Shown in pieces: positions 47,981-58,035 of a stretch of 64,000 nt of DNA. The notes below the pieces were generated by a model, which worked only from the letters and a program-made list of their open reading frames with translations, was not told where the DNA came from and did not search any database. Within the stretch, counting starts at the first letter, position 1. Each line of letters begins with the position of its first letter. The DNA is from Acidimicrobiales bacterium (lineage in GTDB: Bacteria > Actinomycetota > Acidimicrobiia > Acidimicrobiales > Aldehydirespiratoraceae). The stretch is taken from the NCBI GenBank assembly GCA_041394245.1, contig JAWKIR010000002.1, positions 2,756,305 through 2,820,304 of the forward strand, given 5' to 3'. A program made the position numbers and the translations under genes.

Positions 47981-49549
47981 CTAGTTGACGCCTCGGCCGT
48001 GGCCTTCCCAGTAGGGCGCCCGCAGGTCTTTCTTCAGGACCTTCATGGCGCCCGAGAGTGGCAGTGGTTCGTCGCGGAACTCGATGGATTTCGGCACCTT
48101 GTAGCCGGCGATCGACTCCTTGGCGAAGGCCTGGAGCTCCTCGGCAGTGGCCTCGGCGCCGGCGGCGAGGACGACGACTGCGTGGACCTGCTCGCCCCAC
48201 GTGTCGTGGGGGATCCCGATCACCGCGACCTGCTCGACGGCCGGGTGCTTCGACAGCGCGCTCTCGACCTCGGCGGAATACACGTTCTCGCCGCCGGTCA
48301 CGATCATGTCCTTCACGCGATCGACGAGGAAGAGGTAGCCGCCGTCGTCGAGATAGCCCGCATCGCCGGTGTGGTACCAGCCGCCCTCGAAGACATCCTC
48401 GGTGGCTTCGGTCTTGTTCCAGTACTTCTGCATGAAGTTGCCCCCGCGGGCCCAGACCTCACCGGTCTCGCCCTTGGCGACCTCGTTGCCGTTGTCGTCA
48501 CGAATCGACAGGATGACGCCGGGGACGGCACGACCTGCGGAACGCAGCCGGGGCCCGCCGGCTCGGTGGTCGTCGGCGTTGAGCATGGTGAGGATCGCCG
48601 AGCATTCCGTCATGCCATAGCCCTGGATCACATCGATGTCGGGGAGCAACTCCATGATCCTGTCGAGGATCGCCGCCGGCATCGGCGACGCGCCATAGAT
48701 CAGCTGTTGCAGCGACTGGATCCGCTCCGGTGCGAACTCCGGATGGTTCAGCATCATCCCGATCATCGTCGGGACCATGACCGTCTGGGTGACGCCGTGC
48801 GCCTCGATCAGCGCCATCGCTCCCGCCGGGTCGAACAGCGGCATCGTGACCGCGGTGCCACCCGTCATCGGCGTGCCGAGGATCGCGCCCATCGATGCCG
48901 CGTGGAACATGGGGGTCTGGACCAGGTTGACGGCGCCCTCCTCGAAGCCGAAGGCGATCGCCACGTGGTAGAGGTTCAGGATCTCGGCGCGATTGTCGAG
49001 CAGCACCCCTTTCGGGAGGCCGGTCGTTCCGCCCGTGTACATCAAGACGACGGGATCGTCTTCTTCGGGTTCTTCCGGAACTACCACGTCGACGCCGTCG
49101 ATGAGGTCGTCGTATTTCATGTCGTGCGGGACGTCGCCGTCACCGATGAGAACGATCTGGCGGACATGATTCGGTTCGTCGGATGCGTCGAGCGCCTGGG
49201 CGATCGCGTTGGCGAAGAACTGGTCGGCGAAGATCACCTCGGTCCCGGAGTCGCGGATGATGTAGTCGAGCTCCTTGCCCGCCAGACGGAGATTGAGCGG
49301 GTTGACGATGCCGCCACCGAGATACGCCGCATGGTACAGCTCGAAGTATTCGTGGCTGTTGAGGGCCATCACGGCGAAACGGTCGCTACGGCTGAGGTCG
49401 AGTCGCTCGCCGAGCGCCCGCGTCAGTTGCATGGCCCGGTCGGCGTGTTGTCGATAGGTGGCGCGATAGTCGCCGTCGATGATCGCCGTGCAATCGGCGT
49501 ACTTCTCAGCCGCAGGGAGGAAGGTTCGCTGGTAGATGAGCTCTTTCAT
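47981..49549 (-). CDS. AMP-dependent acyl-CoA synthetase/ligase
   Basis: ATG at 49549 (MKELIYQRTF...). AMP-binding motif LMYTGGTTGLPKGV, plus GYGMTE, YHTGDAGYLD and a C-terminal catalytic Lys region. Only the C-terminal 522 aa of the 905-aa track ORF are real. Confidence 0.9.
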   Translation of the reverse strand: MKELIYQRTFLPAAEKYADCTAIIDGDYRATYRQHADRAMQLTRALGERLDLSRSDRFAVMALNSHEYFELYHAAYLGGGIVNPLNLRLAGKELDYIIRDSGTEVIFADQFFANAIAQALDASDEPNHVRQIVLIGDGDVPHDMKYDDLIDGVDVVVPEEPEEDDPVVLMYTGGTTGLPKGVLLDNRAEILNLYHVAIAFGFEEGAVNLVQTPMFHAASMGAILGTPMTGGTAVTMPLFDPAGAMALIEAHGVTQTVMVPTMIGMMLNHPEFAPERIQSLQQLIYGASPMPAAILDRIMELLPDIDVIQGYGMTECSAILTMLNADDHRAGGPRLRSAGRAVPGVILSIRDDNGNEVAKGETGEVWARGGNFMQKYWNKTEATEDVFEGGWYHTGDAGYLDDGGYLFLVDRVKDMIVTGGENVYSAEVESALSKHPAVEQVAVIGIPHDTWGEQVHAVVVLAAGAEATAEELQAFAKESIAGYKVPKSIEFRDEPLPLSGAMKVLKKDLRAPYWEGHGRGVN

Positions 49550-49621
49550 GGGGAAAGACTCGCACGTTCTGGTGCGTTGTGAGAGAGGATGGCCACTCGG
49601 CTCTTCGAAGTGGAGAAGCGA

Positions 49622-50643
<1,022 letters not shown>

Positions 50644-50647
<4 letters not shown>

Positions 50648-52023
50648 CGACCCCCGGTGATGTTCTCGTGCTCTTCGGCGCCAGCGGCGATCTGTCACGG
50701 CGCAAGCTGTTCCCTGCGCTCTACGAACTCGAATGCAACGAACGCCTCCACGTCCCCGTGGTCGGGGTCGGCCGCACGGAGATCGACGACGAGGGGTTCC
50801 GGGCCCACGGCCGCGCCGCGCTCGAGGAGTTCGGTCCCGAACTCGACGAGGCGGTCGTCGATCGGCTCCTGGCTCGGTTGCGCTTCGTGTCGGGCGACTA
50901 CCGAGACGGCGAGATGTTCGACCGGCTGGCCGAGACGCTCGACGGCGCCACGCACCCGGTCGCGTATCTCGCGGTGCCGCCCGGTCTCTTCGACGACGTC
51001 GCCTCGGGCCTGGCCCGTGTGGGGCTCAACAAGGGCGGCCGCATCGTGGTCGAGAAACCGTTCGGACGCGACCTGGCGTCGGCGGTGCAGCTCAACGAGA
51101 TCCTCCATCGCCACTTCGACGAGTCGTCGGTCTTTCGCATCGACCACTTCCTCGGCAAGGAGCCGGTGCAGAACCTCATGGTGTTCCGTTTCGCGAACTC
51201 GATCCTCGAGCCGGTCTGGAACCGCAACCACGTGGCGTCGGTTCAGATCACGATGGCCGAGAGTTTCGGTATCGAAGGACGAGGCAGCTTCTACGACGAT
51301 GTCGGGGCGCTGCGCGACGTGGTGCAGAACCACCTGCTCCAGATCGTCTCGCTCCTCGCGATGGAGCCGCCCGTCTCGAAGCACCCCGACGCGATGCGCG
51401 ACGAGAAGGTCAAGGTCATGCGGGCCATGAAGTCGCTCACGGCCGACGACATCGTGCGCGGTCAGTACCGCGACTATCGCGACGAGGACGGTGTCGACCA
51501 CGCCTCCGACACCGAGACCTATGTGGCCGTGCGTTTGGAGATCGACTCGTGGCGGTGGGCGGGTGTCCCGTTCATCATCCGTGCCGGGAAGGGTCTGGCC
51601 ACGACCGCCACGGAGGCGGTGGTCGAGTTCCGCGAGCCGCCGAGTGCGATCTTCGACGATGGGGGTGCGCCGACGGCGAACATGCTTCGGTTCCGCATGA
51701 AGCCCGACGATGTGATCACCCTGACGATGCAGGCCAAGGTGCCGGGTCTCGGGATGATGGCCCGACCGGTCGATCTCGAGGTCGACTACGACGAAGCCCT
51801 CGGGGGAGGTGCGACGGAGGCCTACGAGCGCCTGCTCGGCGACGCCCTCGCCGGTGATGCACGGCTTTTCGCCCGCCAGGACAGCGTGGAGGAGTCGTGG
51901 CGCATCGTCGAAGGTGTGTTGACCGACGCGCCGCCCGTTGCGCTCTACGAGCGGGGGACGTGGGGGCCCGTCGAGGCCGATCGTCTGCTCCCCGACGGGA
52001 TGTGCTGGCACCGCTGCGACTGA
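50644..52023 (+). CDS. zwf: glucose-6-phosphate dehydrogenase
   Basis: 459 aa with [13 protein letters not shown], the active-site block RIDHFLGKE, and DVVQNHLLQ. Confidence 0.9.
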
Positions 52024-52025
52024 AA

Positions 52026-52068
52026 CACGCCGCTGCTGCGGAGGTCTGACCCCCGCAGCAACGGCGTG
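52026..52068. terminator. GC-rich hairpin (16-bp stem, 1 mismatch, 11-nt loop) between convergent zwf and the SBP gene
   Basis: CACGCCGCTGCTGCGG / CCGCAGCAACGGCGTG arms read directly from the sequence. It starts 3 nt after the zwf stop. There is no U-tract, which is common in high-GC actinobacteria. Confidence 0.55.
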
Positions 52069-52090
52069 CTCGGTGCTTCGAACGCCTCGC

Positions 52091-53503
52091 CTACTCGAAG
52101 ATGTCGACGAGGTCGCCGACGGCGACGGCCTGGCCGTCACCCGCGGTGCTGTCGTACACCGCAAGCGAGTACATGTCGTCGGCGTAGAACTTCTCGGGCG
52201 ACAGCGACGCGTTGGGCGAGCCGGCGAACGAGAAGTCGCTCAGCGACTCGGCCGCGGCGCGGAACGTGTCGTGGTTGAGCTCGGGCCCGGCCGCGTTGGC
52301 GATCACCGCGAACAGGTCGATCAACCGGCAGCCGTAGCGGATGCCGTTGAACCAGTTCTCCTCGTTCTCGGCGTAGTCGAGCGGGGGACGGATGTCGGCT
52401 TCCGGCAGGGCGGCCGCAACCACCTCGCTGCACTGCGACTGGTAGGTCGGATCGTCCCAGATGTCGGTGTCGCTCGGACCGGCTGCGGTCACGACGCCGT
52501 TCGCCACCGACTTGTCGGTGATGGTGTTGCCGAGGTTGGCGAGACCGGCCGGGTTGTTGGCCCAGATGTCGAGCTCGGTGATGAGGCCGGCAGCGGCGAG
52601 ACCGCGGATGCTCGACGACGGGGTGCCGTGGATGAAGACGGCTGTGGCGCCCGAGCTCTTGATCTGCTCGGTGATGATGCCGAGCTCGTCGTCCTGTGCC
52701 GCAGTGTCGCCGTCGACGGCGAGAACGAGGTTCTGGCCGACCACTTCGACGCCACGGTCGGCGAGCTCCTGGAGTACCTGTCCCTGGCTCGCCTCGTCGG
52801 CGAGTCCGCCCATGACGAACACCTTCGCGCCGTCGAGCGCGCCGCTCTCCTCGAGCAGGTTGAGCAGGATGACGGTCGAGGCGTTGGCGGCCTGGCCGGG
52901 CATGTACCACGGCGCGACCGACTGGGCGAGCTCGTCGTCGTTCTGGTCGCCACCGATCAGGATGGTCTCGTTGAGACCGGTGATGCACGGATCAGCGGTT
53001 CCGGCCAGCGGGCCGACGAATCCACCGAGGACCGCGAAGACCTCGTTGTCCTGGGTCAGGGCGGTGCAGACACGGTCTGCGTCGCCCGGGTCGACCGGGG
53101 AGTACAGCTCGTAGACGGCTTCGACCTGACGCCCGGCGATACCGCCGGCGGCGTTGACCGAGTCGAACATCGCCTCCCATGCGGCGACCTGATCACCCCA
53201 GCCCGCGGGGCTGAGGTTGAGGTCGACCAGCTTCTGGAAGTCGAGCAGCGAGACGCCGACGGTGATGGTCGTCTCGGTGACGCCGGTGTACGACGCGGTC
53301 AGGACCTCGTCGGTGGTGTCGTCGGGCGGCGTGGTGTCGTCGGGCGGGGTGGTGTCGTCGGGCGGGGTGGTGTCGTCGCTCGGAGTGGTGTCGTCGGTGG
53401 CGGTGTCGCCGTCGCCGCTGTCGTCGCCGCACGCGGCGGCGATGAGCACGAAGCTCAACAGCAGGGCGAGGAGACGCAGCAGACTGCGTCGTCGAGAACT
53501 CAT
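52091..53503 (-). CDS. ABC transporter substrate-binding lipoprotein (LivK/branched-chain-amino-acid type periplasmic binding fold), orphan
   Basis: ATG at 53503 with GGAGGG upstream. Signal peptide plus lipobox (LIAAAC). Asp/Thr/Pro linker, then type-I PBP blocks (ITVGV..., AVLGGFVGP). No permease or ATPase gene is adjacent. Confidence 0.7.
   Translation of the reverse strand: MSSRRRSLLRLLALLLSFVLIAAACGDDSGDGDTATDDTTPSDDTTPPDDTTPPDDTTPPDDTTDEVLTASYTGVTETTITVGVSLLDFQKLVDLNLSPAGWGDQVAAWEAMFDSVNAAGGIAGRQVEAVYELYSPVDPGDADRVCTALTQDNEVFAVLGGFVGPLAGTADPCITGLNETILIGGDQNDDELAQSVAPWYMPGQAANASTVILLNLLEESGALDGAKVFVMGGLADEASQGQVLQELADRGVEVVGQNLVLAVDGDTAAQDDELGIITEQIKSSGATAVFIHGTPSSSIRGLAAAGLITELDIWANNPAGLANLGNTITDKSVANGVVTAAGPSDTDIWDDPTYQSQCSEVVAAALPEADIRPPLDYAENEENWFNGIRYGCRLIDLFAVIANAAGPELNHDTFRAAAESLSDFSFAGSPNASLSPEKFYADDMYSLAVYDSTAGDGQAVAVGDLVDIFE
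53312..53400. repeat. 18-bp tandem repeat, ~5 copies (GGTGGTGTCGTCGGGCGG), encoding (DDTTPP)n in the lipoprotein linker
   Basis: Read directly from the sequence. Units at 53312, 53330, 53348 and 53366, plus a partial unit at 53384. Confidence 0.9.
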
Positions 53504-53544
53504 GGATTTACCCTCCAGGGTGGATGTCGTTTCGGGACTGGTTC

Positions 53545-53558
53545 TGGGATTTGTCCCA
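53545..53558. promoter_or_regulatory. inverted repeat TGGGA-TTTG-TCCCA in the SBP/TetR divergent promoter (candidate TetR operator)
   Basis: Read directly from the sequence. Further GGGAC half-sites lie at 53534-53538 and 53562-53566. Confidence 0.4.
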
Positions 53559-53591
53559 GGGTGGGACATTAATCTGGGTATCGTAGCGCCG

Positions 53592-54230
53592 ATGGCCGGT
53601 CGACAACCAGCTCTTGCGTCTTCGGACGAGACACTCGTGCGGCGCGGGCGACCGCCGATCGGTGAACATCGGGTAGCCGTGCTCGAGGCCACGCGCCGGC
53701 TGCTGGCCGATGTGGGCTATGAGCAGATGACCCTCGAAGCGGTCGCCACCGAGGCGGGCCTCTATCGGCGCTATCTGTCGCGGACCTGGCGATCGAAGGC
53801 CGAGCTCGTGCGTGATGCGCTGTTCGAGGATGTCGCCGCCTTCGTCGTGCCGAATACGGGCGATCTCGTCGAAGATCTCCGCGTGACGGTTCGCCAACAC
53901 GTCGAGCTGATCCTTCGGCCGGAGTTCCTCCGGGGCCTGCCTGCGCTGCAGGAGGCGTTCCGGGTCGATCCCGAACTGTGGGCCACCACCGTCGCGCGAC
54001 ATGTGCGACCGCCCGTCGAGGCGTTCCGGCAGGTGCTCGACTCGGCGATGGGTCGAGGTGAGATCATCGCCCACCTCCCGCCCGACGTGGTGCTCAACAC
54101 GATGACCGGAGCGCTGCAGCAGCTCGCCCGGCTCGGCTCGATGGACTTCGACCAGCTCGTCGAGCACGGCGTGCAACTGGTGGCCGGCGCAATGGTCGAG
54201 TGGCCGGACGCACTATCTCTCCAACCCTGA
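53592..54230 (+). CDS. TetR/AcrR family transcriptional regulator
   Basis: ATG at 53592 (MAGRQPAL...). N-terminal HTH block RVAVLEATRRLLADVGYEQMTLEAVATEAGLYRRYLSRTW. 212 aa. Confidence 0.85.
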   Translation: MAGRQPALASSDETLVRRGRPPIGEHRVAVLEATRRLLADVGYEQMTLEAVATEAGLYRRYLSRTWRSKAELVRDALFEDVAAFVVPNTGDLVEDLRVTVRQHVELILRPEFLRGLPALQEAFRVDPELWATTVARHVRPPVEAFRQVLDSAMGRGEIIAHLPPDVVLNTMTGALQQLARLGSMDFDQLVEHGVQLVAGAMVEWPDALSLQP

Positions 54231-54263
54231 GCGGCGGGTGGAATTGCGTTGAACGGCGCCGCA

Positions 54264-54280
54264 GGTTAACACTGTTAACC
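54264..54280. promoter_or_regulatory. perfect 17-bp palindrome GGTTAACA-C-TGTTAACC (candidate TetR operator) 22 nt upstream of the carotenoid-oxygenase-family gene
   Basis: Read directly from the sequence. It is AT-rich in a GC-rich context and lies between the TetR stop and the ATG at 54303. Confidence 0.5.
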
Positions 54281-54302
54281 TCGACGTTCGAAAGGTCCCT
54301 CC

Positions 54303-55724
54303 ATGACGCTCACCGGTCACGTCACCAACGCCGCCGCACAGTCGGACCTCGGGGGCAACATGTTCCCCGTCGATCGGGAGATCGATGTCGACCGGTGCGA
54401 GGTGATCGGCGAGATCCCCGCCGGTCTTCGCGGCTCCTTCGTGCGCAACGGACCGAACCCGATGTTCGAGCCCATCGGCAAGTACCACATGTTCGACGGT
54501 GACGGGATGCTCCACGGCGTCGATTTCGCCGATGGCGCGGCCTCGTATCGCAACCGCTGGATCCGCAGTCGAGGGCTGGGCGCCGAGATGAAGCTCGGTC
54601 GAGCCGTCTATCCCGGCCTGAGCGACGTGATGAACTTCCCCGACGCGTCGCTCACCGGTGATGCCGGACCGGTCAAGAACCCGGCCAACACTCACATCGT
54701 CCGTCACGCCGGCAAGCTGCTGGCGCTCTGGGAGCAGGGCCTGCCGACCGAGATCGCGCCCGATCTCGAGACCATCGGCGAGTGGAACTTCGGCGGCGCG
54801 CTCCAGGGGGCGATGACCGCGCACCCGCGCATCGACCCCTTCACCGGCGAGATGTTCTTCTTCGCATACAACTTCTTCCCGCCGTACCTCAGCTACTACG
54901 TGGTCGACCCGAGCGGCGCGATCGTCAAGCAGGTCGGCATCGACATGCCGGCTCCGGTGATGATGCACGACATGCTCATCACCGAGAACTACTCCGTCTT
55001 CATGGACAGCCCGATCGTGTTCGACATGGACGGCATGGCCAATGGCGAGTCGATGGTCAAGTGGAAGCGGGAGAACGGTACTCGGCTGGGCATCATCCCG
55101 AGGATGGGCGACGCCGACGACGTTCGCTGGTTCGAGGTGCCCACCTCACACGTGCAGCACTTCTGGAACGCATGGGAGAACGGCAACCGCATCGAGGTCA
55201 CCGGTGTGCGCTTCGAGCAGGTCGACTTCGGGATCGAGTCGGAGAGCTCCGACAAGGGCAGCGGCGTCGAGACCAATGCCGGCTCGCCGGCCCGGTACTG
55301 GATCGACCTCGACACCGGTACTGCCGGCAGCGACTACTTCGACGACTTCAACGGCGAGTTCTGCCGGTTCAATGACGACCTCACCGGCCGCGAGACGAAC
55401 TGCCTCTACATGTCGGGTTTCACCCGGCCGAATGCCGCCGCCGGCGATTTCGACACCGTCGTGAAGTACGACACCACGACCGACACGCGCACCATGTGGT
55501 ACTCGGGCGACCATGGCCACATCGGCGAGGGCGTGTTCGCTCCCGACCCGAACGGCACCGCGGAGGACGACGGCTGGATCGTCAACTCGATGCATGATTC
55601 CGAGACGAATCAGAGCGAGGTCATCGTCCTCGACGCCCGTCGGATCGAGGACGGCCCGATCGCCCGGGTGCAGATCCCCCAGCGGATGCCGTTCGGCTTC
55701 CATGCCAATTGGTTCCCCTCCTGA
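54303..55724 (+). CDS. carotenoid oxygenase family protein (apocarotenoid/stilbene-cleaving dioxygenase type)
   Basis: 473 aa. RNGPNP, HMFDGDGMLH, AHPRIDP, MMHDMLITE and FGFHANWF contain the conserved iron-ligand histidines. Confidence 0.85.
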   Translation: MTLTGHVTNAAAQSDLGGNMFPVDREIDVDRCEVIGEIPAGLRGSFVRNGPNPMFEPIGKYHMFDGDGMLHGVDFADGAASYRNRWIRSRGLGAEMKLGRAVYPGLSDVMNFPDASLTGDAGPVKNPANTHIVRHAGKLLALWEQGLPTEIAPDLETIGEWNFGGALQGAMTAHPRIDPFTGEMFFFAYNFFPPYLSYYVVDPSGAIVKQVGIDMPAPVMMHDMLITENYSVFMDSPIVFDMDGMANGESMVKWKRENGTRLGIIPRMGDADDVRWFEVPTSHVQHFWNAWENGNRIEVTGVRFEQVDFGIESESSDKGSGVETNAGSPARYWIDLDTGTAGSDYFDDFNGEFCRFNDDLTGRETNCLYMSGFTRPNAAAGDFDTVVKYDTTTDTRTMWYSGDHGHIGEGVFAPDPNGTAEDDGWIVNSMHDSETNQSEVIVLDARRIEDGPIARVQIPQRMPFGFHANWFPS

Positions 55725-55757
55725 GGAACGTGCCAACTGGTTCCCCTCTGGGGAACG
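55703..55757. repeat. adjacent 28/27-bp tandem duplication spanning the stop codon of the oxygenase gene
   Basis: TGCCAATTGGTTCCCCTCCTGAGGAACG (55703-55730) is followed directly by TGCCAACTGGTTCCCCTC-TGGGGAACG (55731-55757). Confidence 0.85.
55740..55756. terminator. 7-bp stem / 3-nt loop hairpin GTTCCCC-TCT-GGGGAAC between convergent genes
   Basis: Read directly from the sequence. It lies in the second copy of the duplication, between the stop at 55724 (+) and the stop at 55764 (-). Confidence 0.4.
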
Positions 55758-55763
55758 TGAGCG

Positions 55764-56747
55764 TCAGCCCAGGAGCTGACGGGCCAGGAGCTCGTAGCTG
55801 CGGGCCCGGGCTTCGTGGTCCCACGTGATCGTGACGGCCATGAACTCGTCGGCGCCGTAGGCGTCGGCCATCGCCGTCACGTTGGTGGCCACCGTGGCGG
55901 GGTCGCCCTGGATCATCGGTTTGCGGCTCGGCTGGACCGCCAGCGGCCCGGGCGACGCGTCGCGAACCTGCTGCGGCGAAGGAATCGGGCCCTGGAGGCC
56001 ACGTTGGCGCCACAGCTTCACACCGGCGGCGAGCTCCTCGGCTTCCTCGTGGGTGTCGGCGCAGATCACGCTGGCGGCGACCAGGATCTCGGGCGTGGGG
56101 TGCCGGTCAGTGGGCCGGTAGTTCGCCCGGTAGTTGGCAGCGATCGCCGCGCCGTCGGACTGGGAGATGAAGTCGGCGAAGGCGAGCGGCAGACCGAAGT
56201 GGGCGGCGTAGGCGGCGCTGTCGGGGCTCGACGCCAGCAACCACAGCTGGGGTGCGTCTCGCGGCACCGGTGTTGCCGTCACGCGGCCCTTGAAGGGATT
56301 GCCGTCGGGGAGGTCGTCGTGGAGGAAGCCGTCGAGCTCGGCGATCATGGCCGGATACTTCTCGATCGAGATCGGCTGGTGATCGGCGGCAAGGGCGACC
56401 ATGGTGGCCTGGTCGGAGCCGGGAGCACGGCCGACACCGAGGTCGATCCGGTCTCCGTGCAGGCTGGCGAGCATCCGGAAGGTCTCTGCCACCTTGTAGG
56501 GCGCGTAGTGGGGCATCATCACCCCGCCGGATCCGACCCGGATCCGTTCGGTCGCCTCGGCGATGTGGGCGATCAGGATCTCGGGCACCGAACCGGCGAG
56601 GCCGCCCGTGTTGTGGTGCTCGGCCACCCAGTAGCGGTGATAGCCGAACCCTTCGCACCGGCGGGCGAGGTCGATCGAGTTGCGCAGGGCCTCGCCGGCG
56701 CTGGTCCCGGCAGGGACGGGTGACTGGTCGAGAACGGAGAGGCGCAT
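55764..56747 (-). CDS. LLM-class (luciferase-like) flavin-dependent oxidoreductase
   Basis: ATG at 56747 (MRLSVLDQSP...). YWVAEHHN block. 327 aa. TGATG overlap with the upstream PGPGW gene. Confidence 0.85.
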   Translation of the reverse strand: MRLSVLDQSPVPAGTSAGEALRNSIDLARRCEGFGYHRYWVAEHHNTGGLAGSVPEILIAHIAEATERIRVGSGGVMMPHYAPYKVAETFRMLASLHGDRIDLGVGRAPGSDQATMVALAADHQPISIEKYPAMIAELDGFLHDDLPDGNPFKGRVTATPVPRDAPQLWLLASSPDSAAYAAHFGLPLAFADFISQSDGAAIAANYRANYRPTDRHPTPEILVAASVICADTHEEAEELAAGVKLWRQRGLQGPIPSPQQVRDASPGPLAVQPSRKPMIQGDPATVATNVTAMADAYGADEFMAVTITWDHEARARSYELLARQLLG

Positions 56748-57115
56748 CACCGGATCAAGAACCACCAGACCGACGCGAGAATTCCTGCGGTGCCCGTCAT
56801 CGCCATCGTGACGAGCGCGCTGCGGCTGATGCCGCCGTCGTCGTCGGTCGGAATCCGATCGGTGACGTGCGCGAGCAGACGCTCGGCCCAGGCGACGTCT
56901 CGGGCGAGGATGGCCAGACCGGCGGCGACGATCGGGAGCCCCGGGCCGGGCAGCGGCATCATGGCCAGACCGGCGAGGGTGAGGATGCCGCCGACGGTGA
57001 TGCGGGTGATCCGGATGGCGACATGGGCCTTGGCGCCTGCCTCGGTTCTCTCTCGGCGACCCGTCTCGTACTCGGCCGCGATGAGCGCATCGGCCAGCGT
57101 TTCGTCGTCGTGCAC
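56747..57115 (-). CDS. PGPGW-domain small membrane protein
   Basis: GTG at 57115 (VHDDETLADAL...). LAMMPLPGPGLPIVAAGLAILA motif with two hydrophobic hairpins. Only the last 122 aa of the 435-aa track ORF are taken. Confidence 0.65.
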   Translation of the reverse strand: MHDDETLADALIAAEYETGRRERTEAGAKAHVAIRITRITVGGILTLAGLAMMPLPGPGLPIVAAGLAILARDVAWAERLLAHVTDRIPTDDDGGISRSALVTMAMTGTAGILASVWWFLIR

Positions 57116-57175
57116 CCGGTATTGGTAGCAGCTGGGGTTCGGTGGGGCAGCGCGGGCCTGTGGCAGATTGAGACC

Positions 57176-57994
57176 ATGGCGATCAAGCCCCTCTCGTCGA
57201 CGGCGGTCGATCAGGTCGTCGCACGGCTCGGATTCGTCGAACGGCCGGCGGCCGACGTGGCCGGACTGCATGCCGTCTACTCGGCGTGGTGTCGCCGTGT
57301 TCCCTTCGACAACCTGCGCAAGCTCGTCGGGCTGCACTTCGCCATGCCCGAGCTCCCCGGCATCCACCCCGACGACTTCTTCGCGGCATGGCAGCTCACC
57401 GGCGCCGGTGGCACCTGTTGGGCGAGCAACAACGCGATCCATGCCCTGCTGGTCGGGCTCGGATTCGACGCGCGGCTCTTCGCCGCATCGATGTTCGACG
57501 GCGAGATCAACCACGGCACGACGATCGTGACGATCGACGGCGATCAGTGGCTGGTGGACACGGCCGTACACGGCGACGTGCCCGCTCCGCTCCGAGGCGT
57601 CTCGACGTCGGTCGAGCACGAGGGCTACGTGACGACGGTTCGTCCCGACGGTGGCAGCTGGGTGTTCGAATGCCCGACCCCCGATCCGGGGATGCGTATT
57701 CCGTGCCGGATCCACGGCACGATCGATGCCGCGTTCACTCTCGAAGCCAGCGAGAAGAGCCGCGGTTCGAGCCCGTTCAACCAGGGGATCATGGCCGGCA
57801 TCAATGACGAGGCCGGTGTGTGGATGCTGAAGGAGGGCAGGTTGGTGCGATACGAGTCGAGTGCGACCACCTCGCGAGAACTGTCCGACGCCGAGGCCGA
57901 CGAGTGGCTGGTCGAGGTGGCGGGGCATTCGCCCCAACTCGTGGCCGAGGTGCGCGCGATCCTCGATTTTCAGGCGGAATCCGCCGATTCGTGA
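57176..57994 (+). CDS. arylamine N-acetyltransferase (NAT)-fold protein
   Basis: ATG at 57176 (MAIKPLSS...). RLGF......L..........VPFDNL, then GGTCW (candidate catalytic Cys) and LLVGLGFDARL, collinear with NAT N-terminal domains. Confidence 0.55.
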   Translation: MAIKPLSSTAVDQVVARLGFVERPAADVAGLHAVYSAWCRRVPFDNLRKLVGLHFAMPELPGIHPDDFFAAWQLTGAGGTCWASNNAIHALLVGLGFDARLFAASMFDGEINHGTTIVTIDGDQWLVDTAVHGDVPAPLRGVSTSVEHEGYVTTVRPDGGSWVFECPTPDPGMRIPCRIHGTIDAAFTLEASEKSRGSSPFNQGIMAGINDEAGVWMLKEGRLVRYESSATTSRELSDAEADEWLVEVAGHSPQLVAEVRAILDFQAESADS

Positions 57995-58035
57995 CATGTC
58001 CGAATGTGTCCGGACGAAACGGGCATGCTGGGCTC

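Noticed and set aside
53312-53400. The tandem 18-bp repeats (and those at 27048, 36790 and 21031) considered as a possible CRISPR array or satellite.
   Set aside because: The units are contiguous with no spacers, too short, and mostly in frame inside coding sequences. There are no cas genes in the window.
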